Source of the DNA: an uncultured delta proteobacterium
Lineage (GTDB): Bacteria; Desulfobacterota; Desulfomonilia; UBA1062
NCBI GenBank assembly: GCA_963752595.1
Contig: CAVVYZ010000001.1
Span: forward strand, 64,001-128,000
Direction of reading: 5' to 3'
Length of the DNA stretch: 64,000 nucleotides
Position numbers and translations under genes: made by a program. Shown here in pieces: positions 46,372-56,482 of this stretch (the first letter of the stretch is position 1; the number at the start of each line of letters is the position of its first letter). The notes under the pieces were generated by a model. The model saw nothing but the letters and a program-made list of their open reading frames with translations, did not search any database and was not told the DNA's origin.

Positions 46372-48858
46372 ATGATGGGTAAAGCAAAACTGAGTTTATG
46401 GTCTTTTTTGTTGACCGCGGGTGTCATGCTCTTCGGCATGGCTCCTATGGCATTTGCGGGAGAAGCGGATATCAAGCTGCCTGATCTGTCCACGGTGTCG
46501 TTCACCATTATGGGCAGCACGGTCGCCGGGTTATCCATTCTCTATGTCGGCTTGCTGGTATGCGTAATCGGCCTGGCTTTCGGGTACTTGCAGTACATCC
46601 AGACCAAGAACCTGCCTGCGCATAGCTCCATGCTGGCTGTTTCCAACACCATCTGGGAGACATGTAAGACATACGTCACCCAGCAGGGCAAGTTCCTCGC
46701 CGCTCTGTGGATACTGATTGCACTCTGTATCGTTTATTACTTCAAGGGGCTCCAGGGCGCACCCATTGGCAACGTCATCATCATTCTTCTCGCCTCTGTT
46801 TTGGGTATCCTCGGCTCCTACGGTGTTGCCTGGTTCGGTATCAGGATCAACACGGTTGCCAACTCCAGGGCCGCCTTTGCATCACTGAAGTCAAACCCCC
46901 TGGACATCGTGAACATCTGCCTTCGTTCCGGTATGAGCGTAGGCCTTCTGCTCGTGAGCGTTGAGCTCTTCTTCATGATCCTCATCCTCGCATTCCTGGG
47001 CGAGCTCGCAGGGCCCTGCTTCATCGGCTTCGCCATCGGCGAATCTCTCGGCGCCAGCGCACTGAGAATTTGCGGCGGTATCTTTACCAAGATCGCAGAC
47101 ATCGGCTCCGACCTCATGAAGATCGTGTTCCACCTTCCCGAGGACGACCCGAAGAACCCCGGTGTTATCGCCGACTGTACGGGCGACAACGCGGGCGACA
47201 GCGTTGGTCCCACAGCTGACGGTTTCGAGACCTACGGCGTGACCGGCGTTGCACTGATCGCATTCCTGGCCCTTGCACTGTTCGACAACCCTGAGATGGG
47301 CGGCAAACTGATCGTCTGGATCTTCGCAATGCGTATCCTTATGATCCTGACCTCGCTCGTTTCCTACTTCGTCAATGATATAATCAGCAACTCACTTTGG
47401 GCAGGCAAGAAAGACTTCGATTTCGAGCATCCGCTGACCAACCTGGTATGGATCACCTCTGGGATCTCCATCGCTGTTACCTTTGTTGCAAGCTACGTGC
47501 TCCTTTCCGACCTCGACCCGATCAGATACGGCGACCTCTGGTGGGCACTCTCCGCGATCATCAGCTGCGGTACGATTGCCGGTGCTCTGATCCCCGAGTT
47601 CACCAAGGTTTTCACTTCCACCAAGTCACGCCACTGCGAAGAGGTCGTTAACTCTTCCCGCCAGGGCGGACCTTCGCTGAACATCCTTTCCGGTCTCGTT
47701 GCCGGTAACTTCTCAGCTTTCTGGGAAGGACTCGTCATTCTGGTTCTGATGCTTGTTGCTTACCTGGTATCCAAGAACCCTTCCATCATGAACCTCATGC
47801 CGCCCGAGTTCGTATTCGCAGCCCCGGTGTTTGCCTTCGGTCTGGTGGCATTCGGTTTCCTGGGTATGGGTCCGGTAACGATCGCTGTCGACAGCTTCGG
47901 CCCGGTTTCCGACAATGCCCAGTCCATCTATGAGCTCTCCATGATCGAGTCGGTCCCGAACGTCAGTGAAGAGATCAAGAGAGATTTCGGTTTCACCCCT
48001 GACTTCAGCGGTTCCAAGCACTATCTCGAATCCTGCGACGGTGCAGGCAACACCTTCAAGGCAACAGCCAAGCCCGTGCTCATCGGTACGGCTGTCGTCG
48101 GTGCAACCACCATGGTGTTCGGCATCATCATCCTGCTCGAGAGAATCTATGGGAACGTCATTGCCAAGCTGTCTCTCGTACAGCCTGAGATCATCATCGG
48201 CCTGCTTATGGGCGGCTGCGTGATCTACTGGTTCACCGGCGCTTCCATCCAGGCCGTTGTTGCCGGTTCCTACAGCGCGGTTGTGTACATCAAGAAAAAC
48301 ATCGACCTCAGCAAGACATCCGCCTCCATCGAAGACAGTAAAGAGGTCGTGAAGATCTGTACGCAGTATGCCCAGAAGGGTATGATCAACATCTTCGTGG
48401 TCATCTTCTTCCTGGCTCTGGGTCTGGCCTTCTTCAACCCCTACTTCTTCGTCGGCTACCTCGTCTCCCTGGCCTTCTTCGGCCTGTTCCAGGCTATCTT
48501 CATGGCCAATGCGGGCGGCGCTTGGGACAATGCCAAGAAGATCGTCGAGGTTGACCTCAAAGAGAAGAACACCCCGCTGCACGAAGCGTCAGTCGTTGGT
48601 GACACGGTCGGCGACCCGTTCAAGGATACTTCATCAGTTTCCATGAACCCGGTCATCAAGTTCACCACCCTTTTCGGCCTTCTCGCAACCGAGATCGCGG
48701 TTACCATGACGGATCAGGCTGTTAAGACCGGTCTGGGAGTGGTTTTCTTCGCTGTCGCACTGGTATTCGTATACCGCTCTTTCTACAGCATGAGAATTTC
48801 CAGCGTGAAATCAGAAGAGAATGCGGAAGACAAGCCCCTCAAGGCTGCCAGCCACTAG
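46372..48858 (+). CDS. hppA: Membrane-bound H+-translocating pyrophosphatase (K+-independent, divergent type)
   Basis: GGIFTKIADIGSDL, EDDPKNPGVIAD, GDNAGD, GPVSDNA, GNTFKA, GGAWDNAKK and GDTVGDPFKDT; many TM helices; SD AAGGAG. Confidence 0.95.
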   Translation: MMGKAKLSLWSFLLTAGVMLFGMAPMAFAGEADIKLPDLSTVSFTIMGSTVAGLSILYVGLLVCVIGLAFGYLQYIQTKNLPAHSSMLAVSNTIWETCKTYVTQQGKFLAALWILIALCIVYYFKGLQGAPIGNVIIILLASVLGILGSYGVAWFGIRINTVANSRAAFASLKSNPLDIVNICLRSGMSVGLLLVSVELFFMILILAFLGELAGPCFIGFAIGESLGASALRICGGIFTKIADIGSDLMKIVFHLPEDDPKNPGVIADCTGDNAGDSVGPTADGFETYGVTGVALIAFLALALFDNPEMGGKLIVWIFAMRILMILTSLVSYFVNDIISNSLWAGKKDFDFEHPLTNLVWITSGISIAVTFVASYVLLSDLDPIRYGDLWWALSAIISCGTIAGALIPEFTKVFTSTKSRHCEEVVNSSRQGGPSLNILSGLVAGNFSAFWEGLVILVLMLVAYLVSKNPSIMNLMPPEFVFAAPVFAFGLVAFGFLGMGPVTIAVDSFGPVSDNAQSIYELSMIESVPNVSEEIKRDFGFTPDFSGSKHYLESCDGAGNTFKATAKPVLIGTAVVGATTMVFGIIILLERIYGNVIAKLSLVQPEIIIGLLMGGCVIYWFTGASIQAVVAGSYSAVVYIKKNIDLSKTSASIEDSKEVVKICTQYAQKGMINIFVVIFFLALGLAFFNPYFFVGYLVSLAFFGLFQAIFMANAGGAWDNAKKIVEVDLKEKNTPLHEASVVGDTVGDPFKDTSSVSMNPVIKFTTLFGLLATEIAVTMTDQAVKTGLGVVFFAVALVFVYRSFYSMRISSVKSEENAEDKPLKAASH

Positions 48859-48880
48859 GTAACAGGTAATTCAAAGAAAC

Positions 48881-48924
48881 AACAAGCCCCGCCCCGGTGC
48901 AGACCGGGGCGGGGCTTGTTTTAT
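48881..48924. terminator. Bidirectional Rho-independent terminator
   Basis: Perfect 18-bp stem AACAAGCCCCGCCCCGGT / ACCGGGGCGGGGCTTGTT with a 4-nt loop, between convergent hppA and the cyclase. Confidence 0.88.
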
Positions 48925-48981
48925 TGTCCTTCTTATACTTTGACGCTGATGAAGCCGGCTTGCCGCCATCCAACCTGTCTG

Positions 48982-51255
48982 CTACTTGGTTTCAAATGTT
49001 TGAACACCTTGCCAGTCAGGCGGGGGAGGGCAGGTAAGGTAGCTCCCGATACGTTTAAGGTACAGCTCGTAGAGGCGGCAGGGATTCTTGCCGTGCAGAT
49101 CGCCGATCATCTGCCGGGCATGAACGAAATCCCGTTTCTGATATAAGTCCAGCGCTTTTTCAAAGAACTCAACCTCCTGCCTCATCTCCGGATCGGGAAG
49201 ACCCTCGACAAGAGGCTCGAAGATCTCAATGGAAACGCTCTTGCCTTTGACCTGTACGGTATCGATCTTCCGGCAGAAGAAAGCACCGTTCAGGACGTCT
49301 CTGGTGAACCGGGAAATAATGATACTCGTGCCGTAGATTTTATTCAGCCCCTCCAGCCGGGAAGCGATGTTGACGGTGTCGCCGAGTACCGTGTATTCAA
49401 ACCTGCTCTCGCTGCCGAAATTTCCGATACTGGTAAGTCCCGTGTTGATGCCGATGCCGATATCGACAGCGGGCAGGCCCTGCTGCTGCCATTTCTGCTG
49501 CAGGGTTTTCAGTGTGCGTTTCATCCGGAGTGCGGCAAGCACCCCATGACGGGCATGATCTTTATCATCCAGCGGAGCACCCCAGATGGCAACGATTGCA
49601 TCGCCGATGTACTTATCCACCATCCCGTAATTCTCCATGATGATACCGCTCATGGCTGTGAGATAGGAATTCATGAAAGCCCCGAGCCTTTTCGGGTCCA
49701 TGCCTTCGGATATGGAGGTAAAATCCCTGATGTCGCTGAAGAGGATAGTGAGCTCTTTTTCTTCTCCCGAAAGGGTGAGCCTTTCGGGCCGTTTCATGAG
49801 TTCGTTCACCACTACGGGTGAGACATAACGGTTGAACGCAGTCTGGATGAACTGCTTTTTACGTAACTCGAAGAAGTAGTTGAAAAGCGTCACCATGAGA
49901 AAGACCGTAATAATCGTTGCGAGGGGGTAGGTGATACCCAGGAGTTTGCCCTTGAGGAAGAACAGATAATAATCTCCGGTAATCATGCAGCCGATGAACA
50001 GGAGCCCGGCCAATCCCCCCGTTACTGCCCCTGTGTAGGCGAGCAGGGCGCTCAGCAGTATGCCTCCGGCAAAGATGAACGAATAGGTGAGCCCGATCTC
50101 GGTGAAGATATCATAGGTAAGAAGTGAACCTGTCAGGACGTTATCGATGATGGTGGCCTGAATCTCGACACCGGGGAATATTCCGGAAAAAGGTGTGGCG
50201 TGAAAGTCGAGCAGGCCTGAAGCAGAGGTTCCGATGAGCACGTATTTATCCTTGATACGATCAGCATGCAGCCCATCGATGACATCAGAGGCAGAGATGT
50301 ATTCAAAGGTCTTCACCGGGCCGCGGAAATTGACCATGACCTGTCCTTTGTCATCTGTGGGGATAAATGCATCTCCGACCGATACCCCGATGACGCCGTT
50401 CTTCCCCCCTGACTTCCGGCTGGATGCATGAATGACGATCTCCTGCTCCCGTGAGGCCGTCCTCACCATCTCCAGGGCAAGGGAGGGGTAGGGGATGTTT
50501 TTTAGAGACATGAAGAGCGGGACTTTGCGGACCATGCCGGATGAATCCGGGAAAACATTCAGAAATCCTTCTGTACGGGCCTGCGCAACGTCTTCGATAT
50601 TGAGGACAGCGCGGTAGCCGGATATGAGGCTCAGCTCATCATGACTGATGCCTGACGGTGATATTTTGATGGTAGCAGATGGAAAGGGAGTTTCGTTTTC
50701 ATCCTTGAGCCCGTCGTCCTCGAGCTGAAATACATATCCCAGCACAACCGGTGCTTCGGAAACAGCCCTTCCCAGCTCGATATCATGATTGAGATCCTCT
50801 CTATGCCTGATACGATCGAGCTCTTTCCCTACTTTCGCATCGGGAATGAGTTTCGAGAAATCATCTACATATTCGGCAATGGAAGTCCTGTCCTTTTCAG
50901 CAAAAACGATATCGAAACCGATGACCTTTGCGCCGGATTCATGAACGGATCTGACAAGCCGGGCCACGACATCCCGGGGCCAGGGCCACTGACCGTTTCT
51001 CTTCAGGCTCTTCTCGTCGATATCCACGATGACGACCTTGCCCGTAGCCTCGGCAGACCCGCGCCAGCGGAACATGGCGCTCGTTACCTGGTTGTCCATG
51101 GATGCAAGCAGGTCCGGCTTGGTCTTGCCGAAGGAGTAGAACAGCATGCACGAGGCAAGGATGATAAGGCACCCCATTTTGAAGGGAGAGGGCTTCAGTA
51201 TGGCGGCACGCTTATCCATCATACAGGGGATTTCAAGGCTACCGTTTCCCTTCAA
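48982..51255 (-). CDS. CHASE2-domain class III adenylate cyclase
   Basis: CHASE2 motifs VVIVDIDEKSL, GQWPWPR, IGFDIVF, DSSGMVRKVPL and PGVEIQA; 3 TM helices; cyclase motifs LFSDIRDFT, KYIGDA and EYTVLGDTVNIASRLE. Alternative start ATG 51222. Confidence 0.93.
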   Translation of the reverse strand: MKGNGSLEIPCMMDKRAAILKPSPFKMGCLIILASCMLFYSFGKTKPDLLASMDNQVTSAMFRWRGSAEATGKVVIVDIDEKSLKRNGQWPWPRDVVARLVRSVHESGAKVIGFDIVFAEKDRTSIAEYVDDFSKLIPDAKVGKELDRIRHREDLNHDIELGRAVSEAPVVLGYVFQLEDDGLKDENETPFPSATIKISPSGISHDELSLISGYRAVLNIEDVAQARTEGFLNVFPDSSGMVRKVPLFMSLKNIPYPSLALEMVRTASREQEIVIHASSRKSGGKNGVIGVSVGDAFIPTDDKGQVMVNFRGPVKTFEYISASDVIDGLHADRIKDKYVLIGTSASGLLDFHATPFSGIFPGVEIQATIIDNVLTGSLLTYDIFTEIGLTYSFIFAGGILLSALLAYTGAVTGGLAGLLFIGCMITGDYYLFFLKGKLLGITYPLATIITVFLMVTLFNYFFELRKKQFIQTAFNRYVSPVVVNELMKRPERLTLSGEEKELTILFSDIRDFTSISEGMDPKRLGAFMNSYLTAMSGIIMENYGMVDKYIGDAIVAIWGAPLDDKDHARHGVLAALRMKRTLKTLQQKWQQQGLPAVDIGIGINTGLTSIGNFGSESRFEYTVLGDTVNIASRLEGLNKIYGTSIIISRFTRDVLNGAFFCRKIDTVQVKGKSVSIEIFEPLVEGLPDPEMRQEVEFFEKALDLYQKRDFVHARQMIGDLHGKNPCRLYELYLKRIGSYLTCPPPPDWQGVQTFETK

Positions 51256-54061
51256 AGATGCCTAAATACCGGGTTCCTCCGATGCCGGCATTGAAATTGC
51301 CGCCGATGGCCTCGGCATTGGGACCATAGAAAGCACCGAAGGCGCCGTCGCCTGCCGAACCTGCAACGATATCGGCAGAGAACCCGGACAATGCTCCATC
51401 AATAGATCCATTCGTGAGCCCGATCGTGCACTCGGTAAAATTAATGGATCCGGAGACCGGGTTTGATGCGGCAGGATTGAAGTCAAATGTCAGACTGGTA
51501 ACGCCGTTAGTGAGCGGGTTCATCACGCCCAGATTATTTATGCTTACCCCATGGGCTCCTCCGGCATAAGTCCCTATGAAATCAGTTGCGATCATATTCT
51601 GGATTACCGTGGGATTCGTTTTCTCGCCGGCAACCCAGAAGGCACCGGGCTGATGAACGTGATAACTCTCCAAAATACCCGGGTCGTTATATGCTATTTC
51701 CCAGTACCCCCAGGACACATAGTCATTAAGTTGGTCTGACGGATTCGCCGTGACAAGAAAATTTGCATAGGGTTTCAGTCCCCCGGACAGGGCATATACG
51801 CTGACCGCGTCATTTCCCGTATCTCCGAGAACTGCGGCAAAGGCATCATCGAGAACATAGGCTGATCCGTGGGAGGATCCGATCTCGATATTTAAAAGGT
51901 GCACGTTCGCGTTCAGAATATCATCTGCCGAGAGCGATCCGCTCAGAATTCCCAGATCGCGATTGATACCCAGGAGGAAACCGGTGGGGTTCGTGTTCAT
52001 GAATATCCTGCGGTTCATAGGGTTGCTCATCTGTTCCGCTACTCCGACCACGAAGCCGGAAAGAGACACGATTCCCGTAGGAGAGGTCGCACTTAGGGGA
52101 TCCTGAGCCGCCCTGAGCGCTGCTCCATCAAGGCGTGATGTACCTACCCGTGAAGTCATATTGGAACTGACATCAAAGTCGTTGCCAATGCCCATAATGC
52201 CGAATCCCTGATTATCGGAGCCGTAAAACCGGCCGGAGAATATGCTTCCTTCAATCCAGGCCACGGGACCTGTCGGATCTTTTTCTTCAGGGCCTCTGCT
52301 CCCGAGGAAGCGGACATTCGTCAGAGTACCGTTTGTCCTGTCGATATCCCCGAAGAAAAAGAGAAGGCTGTCTGAATAATCCGAGCCCGGATCCGATGTT
52401 CCGGTATTGCTGAAGTCTATCAGCCCGAGTACCTTCCCGTTGAGCCAGTTGACCTCCATGCCCATGTCTCCGGCACCGAAATCTTTCCGTGCAGTGCCGG
52501 GGTCAGGGCCGATACTCTCGAATCCCAGAGCCGGCCCCTGGTAGAGATCTATCCCATTGCCACGGAGTGTCGATGCAGACGGGGCTCCAACATACCCAAG
52601 CTCGGCAAACTCATAGGTCGCTGTCTGTGTGAAACTGCTCAGTGTATTATAGAAAGCAAACTCTCCGAGCGGGTCCGATATGATCTTCCAGGTAAATGTC
52701 CTGTCAGATCCCAGGAGGTTTATTGTATAGGGCAAGGAATATGTCTGGATGCCGGTAGGTGCATAGGTTCCGCCAGGATTGCGGGGGGAAATTGAAAACG
52801 AGAAATTGTATGCAGTGCCGCCCGGTGCAGTCAAGGTACAGGCAACGAGACCTGCTGTAGAAGTTGCGGTCAGGCTCTCTGAATACGAGAGGTTGTTATT
52901 GGTATTCCAGTAGTTATCTATATCGGCAAGTCCACTCATGCTTGCACCGGACATGGCAATCCCCGGGATTGATGCCAGGTCCTGAACGGTGGTTGCCAAT
53001 CGATCCTGGGATAGTGTGTCGGACCCGGTGACGGTAGAGACAGGATTTGTGCTGCTCGGAATCGGGGTCGGCTCAAAAAACGGCTCACTTATGGTAAATT
53101 GTCCTTCAAGGCCGCTTGCAGCAGAAGAAGTATCGCCGGGCTGAGTGGTGCCTGCTGCGACGAAGGTAGACAAACCGGTTTCTGCATCTCCTCCTTGGAC
53201 TGGCTGAGTCTGATCTCCGGTACCGGCCCCGGCATCCGATGCGGTCTGTTCGCTGCCACCGGATGACTGATCTCCGGTGCCGCTTTGCTGTTCCGCATGA
53301 GACGTTATGGAACCGGACTCGCCTTCGCTGCCGGAACTGCTCACGCCGGTCTGGTCTTGAGTTGTGGAGCCCCCGTCTCCACCCTGGGCAGGGGCAGCTG
53401 CTTCATCTTCTTCGGTCTGACCGTCCACGGACAGGTCATTGTTGATGCCGGATACATCCTGGGTGCTGACCCGTGCGGGCTTTTCCGGCAGGGTATCCTG
53501 GCCCTGGATGCGTGTCCCGAAACCGGGGCGTGTGATTGACATCTCGCCTGTATCATTCACAACATAGATGCCCTTTCCGCCTTCAAACACTACACTGAGT
53601 GTTCCTTTCTCAACCCTGCCGGCATACATGGAGCCTCTGATCCCGATGGTGGCGGCCGGAGTCTCGGTGGTGAAGGTTTCGGGAGAGTCTTTGGCAATGG
53701 CACCGCCCATCACGCGGAAAACGCCTTCCTTGACCTTTGTTTTCATCGTCCCGGTCTTCCGGTCAGGGTTCCAGATGTGCTCGATTATCTCCATCCGGCT
53801 TTCCTTGCCGAGGCTTACGATGGTATTGTCCGAGAAGAGGACTTGTACTCTTCCCTGGGGGCCGGTCCTGAGAGTGTCGCGCCGGAATACGGGGCTTTTG
53901 ATGCTGAGTTCCCTTGTGACTCCCCGTGTATCAAAGGCAGTAACCTTGCCGCGGATCGCAATGACAGATCCGACCTGATCACCTTCCTGCGCTAAGGCGA
54001 GCGGCACCCCGGATATGAGCAGGGACGAAAAGGCAAATAGAAGAAATATTTTCTTTCTCAT
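51239..54061 (-). CDS. Secreted FecR-domain protein with low-complexity linker and C-terminal TbpB-like beta-barrel repeats
   Basis: Sec signal peptide; FecR motifs DTLRTG and TPAATIGIRGS; Gly/Ser/Gln/Thr linker; GRFYGSDNQGFG, VSWGYW and GAFYGPNAEAIGGNF...GIFEGKR. Confidence 0.8.
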   Translation of the reverse strand: MRKKIFLLFAFSSLLISGVPLALAQEGDQVGSVIAIRGKVTAFDTRGVTRELSIKSPVFRRDTLRTGPQGRVQVLFSDNTIVSLGKESRMEIIEHIWNPDRKTGTMKTKVKEGVFRVMGGAIAKDSPETFTTETPAATIGIRGSMYAGRVEKGTLSVVFEGGKGIYVVNDTGEMSITRPGFGTRIQGQDTLPEKPARVSTQDVSGINNDLSVDGQTEEDEAAAPAQGGDGGSTTQDQTGVSSSGSEGESGSITSHAEQQSGTGDQSSGGSEQTASDAGAGTGDQTQPVQGGDAETGLSTFVAAGTTQPGDTSSAASGLEGQFTISEPFFEPTPIPSSTNPVSTVTGSDTLSQDRLATTVQDLASIPGIAMSGASMSGLADIDNYWNTNNNLSYSESLTATSTAGLVACTLTAPGGTAYNFSFSISPRNPGGTYAPTGIQTYSLPYTINLLGSDRTFTWKIISDPLGEFAFYNTLSSFTQTATYEFAELGYVGAPSASTLRGNGIDLYQGPALGFESIGPDPGTARKDFGAGDMGMEVNWLNGKVLGLIDFSNTGTSDPGSDYSDSLLFFFGDIDRTNGTLTNVRFLGSRGPEEKDPTGPVAWIEGSIFSGRFYGSDNQGFGIMGIGNDFDVSSNMTSRVGTSRLDGAALRAAQDPLSATSPTGIVSLSGFVVGVAEQMSNPMNRRIFMNTNPTGFLLGINRDLGILSGSLSADDILNANVHLLNIEIGSSHGSAYVLDDAFAAVLGDTGNDAVSVYALSGGLKPYANFLVTANPSDQLNDYVSWGYWEIAYNDPGILESYHVHQPGAFWVAGEKTNPTVIQNMIATDFIGTYAGGAHGVSINNLGVMNPLTNGVTSLTFDFNPAASNPVSGSINFTECTIGLTNGSIDGALSGFSADIVAGSAGDGAFGAFYGPNAEAIGGNFNAGIGGTRYLGIFEGKR

Positions 54062-54081
54062 AGCTTTCTCCCCATTTTCTC

Positions 54082-55434
54082 TTAAAATCCGATCGATATG
54101 TTTGCGGAGGCCACGTTCTTTGTGTAGGCGTAGAGGTCGATGTTGGAATCGGATCTTGTGTAGGTGTAGTTGAGGTTGAGGTCCATTCTATAATCAAAGG
54201 GTTCGGACTTCCAGATAGAGAGCGTCTTGGAGAGGCCTGCCGAGAGGTACTGCACATCATCATCGCGTTTTTTCCCGAACAGGGGGTAGACATCCTTATA
54301 GCCCGTACCCTGGTACCAGTAGCTTATGTAGACAGTAGCCTCATAAGGGAGCCTCACTTCATAACTAGAGATGCTGGTGAGCTTCGTATACGTGTTGACG
54401 TCTCTCCGGGCGTTTTCATATTCCCAGCCAAGGCTCCACGACAGGCGGTTCCTGCCGAAAATGAAAACAGGCGATAAAGCCAGGCCGACATTTTTTGCGT
54501 CCTTGTCGCTGCTCTCAAAATAATTCTTGGTCTTGAATTTGGCGTCAAAACTGACGAGGAAAGATGGAGTTACCGCAAAACCCAGGGTCGTTCCCGCGCC
54601 GTAGGTGCGAAGGTATTGACGGTAATCCTGGTTCAGGTGGTTCGTAAGGCCGTAGATGTCCCACACAACCCTGCCCCTTCCGATGCTGGCACCGGCTTTG
54701 ATATCGAACAGGTTCACATCGAGGTCCTTTGCATCCCGGTAGACCGCGTTGTAATTCAAACTCGAAAACTTCCAGGAAACGGTGCTGTCCAGAGGCCTGT
54801 AAAGATAATTGAGGTTCGCCATGCTCGTGTATATCTGGTCTTTTTCAGGCCGGTCCACTGTCACGGTGATTACCTCGCCAAGGGTGGTGTTAATTCCGAT
54901 ATCCGAGTTTGTGGGCGCTGCATTCACGTTGTCATCAAAATCCAGGCCCAGCGATAACTTGCCGGAAAGGAAGTGCTCTTTTTTCGATTGCCTGATAGCT
55001 TTGATGTATTGATTGATATTTGAGCGCACATTCTCCGGGGGGTTTACGGCGAGAACTTCCTGGAAGTATTGCTCGGATGACTCGAGCGATCCGAGTTTGT
55101 AATAGCTCCTGGCGATCTCGAGCTTTGCCCGCACCGCATCGGGCCTGTTTATCAGTACGCGCTCAAAGGCCATGATCGCTGCTTCGTAGTCTCCGGTCTC
55201 AAAGGCTGCCCTGCCGAGGTTGAAATTGATGTCCGGATCCCCTGGATCCTGCCGGAAAAGCTCAAAATATGATTCAAAAGCCTTGTCAAACTCAGCCTTG
55301 TCGAAGTGATCTTTTGCCAGGTCTCTTAAGGCCGGGTCCACGGAGTCCGCTCCCAAGACAGGGGAAAGAGGAATGCTTACTGAAAGGACAGATAAGATAA
55401 AAGCCGTGATGAAGACAGGAAGAGTCTTCCGCAT
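54082..55434 (-). CDS. TPR + outer-membrane beta-barrel protein (Slam/DUF560-like, type XI secretion)
   Basis: Signal peptide; TPRs (FNLGRAAFETGDYEAAIMAFERVL, RAKLEIARSYYKLG); barrel start GLDFDDNVNAAP; C-terminal YTRSDSNIDLYAYTKN...ISIGF ending in Phe. Confidence 0.8.
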   Translation of the reverse strand: MRKTLPVFITAFILSVLSVSIPLSPVLGADSVDPALRDLAKDHFDKAEFDKAFESYFELFRQDPGDPDINFNLGRAAFETGDYEAAIMAFERVLINRPDAVRAKLEIARSYYKLGSLESSEQYFQEVLAVNPPENVRSNINQYIKAIRQSKKEHFLSGKLSLGLDFDDNVNAAPTNSDIGINTTLGEVITVTVDRPEKDQIYTSMANLNYLYRPLDSTVSWKFSSLNYNAVYRDAKDLDVNLFDIKAGASIGRGRVVWDIYGLTNHLNQDYRQYLRTYGAGTTLGFAVTPSFLVSFDAKFKTKNYFESSDKDAKNVGLALSPVFIFGRNRLSWSLGWEYENARRDVNTYTKLTSISSYEVRLPYEATVYISYWYQGTGYKDVYPLFGKKRDDDVQYLSAGLSKTLSIWKSEPFDYRMDLNLNYTYTRSDSNIDLYAYTKNVASANISIGF

Positions 55435-55601
55435 GATCGTTTTCACATACTCATAGGAATGCAAACGGTTAATTTGTATACTTGACTGAAAGATAGGCTC
55501 AAACACTTTTTTCCCTCCCGTACATCCATCATCGTCAGGGGAGAGGAAAAATGTGAGACCCTTTTACTCGGAACCGGGTGAATCGTTCTCAAGACCTCCG
55601 G

Positions 55602-56099
55602 TCAGATCTTGTTGAGAAACTCCAATGCCTGTTTCAGCCTTGAGAATTCAGTACTCGTCATACGCAGCCGGTGGGCCAGTATCTCTGCAATGAGCCGGTA
55701 ATAGACCGCTTCAAACTCGGTGCGGTCCTCGTGCTCCAACCGGTCGAGGAATGCGCCGTCTATGGCAAGGCAGGTGGTGTTGTCCGTAACGGCATAGACA
55801 GAGGCAGACCGCGCTTCCCCGTCGATGACGGAAAGCTCGCCGAACGTTCCGCCCTGGGCGTCGAGCCGGGCAATCTCCTCTTCGTTCTTGACCACCTTCA
55901 CCTCACCTGAAAGGATTACATACAGCCAGCTGTCATATTCGCCCTGCCTGGTGATGACTTCCTCTGCCTGGTATCTCCGGAGCTTGCTCAACTCAAGGAT
56001 CTTCTTGAGGAACTTGTCTGCGTAGGAATTGAGAAAGGGGATTTTCTTCAATGTCTCGATAAGATCGTCCCGTCCTTTCAGATAGCGGGATTCCTTCAT
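55602..56099 (-). CDS. Stand-alone cyclic nucleotide-binding domain protein
   Basis: LKKIPFL, ITRQGE, LYVILSGEVKV and phosphate-binding cassette FGELSVIDGEARSASV; no HTH; SD GGAGG before ATG 56099. Confidence 0.88.
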   Translation of the reverse strand: MKESRYLKGRDDLIETLKKIPFLNSYADKFLKKILELSKLRRYQAEEVITRQGEYDSWLYVILSGEVKVVKNEEEIARLDAQGGTFGELSVIDGEARSASVYAVTDNTTCLAIDGAFLDRLEHEDRTEFEAVYYRLIAEILAHRLRMTSTEFSRLKQALEFLNKI

Positions 56100-56482
56100 A
56101 CGTTCCTCCATCTCCATGCAGTCTGTTTGCACAAGATACCTTATGATGTCGGCTGTTCGGGTGAGAAAATTGAGAGGCAAATGGTACCGCTCATTCCCGG
56201 GCGAGGGTATGCTTCTATGGATTTGCCCCTACGATAATCCGGCAGCTCCCCCCTCTCCTCCGAACATTCGCATAAATATCCTTTTTTATGCGTACGGATA
56301 CTAAGGTCGGAACGACTCTATCCTGCTGCAGGCCTGCTCCAGGATAGAGTCTTCATTTGCAAAACAGAACCGCGCCAAGTTTTCCCCGGCATCGTCATGA
56401 CAGAATGCCTTGCCGGGAACACTGGCAATACCTGTCTTCCTCAGGAAATGTATGGCCTTTTCCTTCTATCCCAAGGGGAATG

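Noticed and set aside
52980-53460. Possible tandem repeat or CRISPR-like array in the low-complexity stretch
   Set aside because: No regularly spaced identical repeats; it is a coding Gly/Ser/Gln-rich linker.
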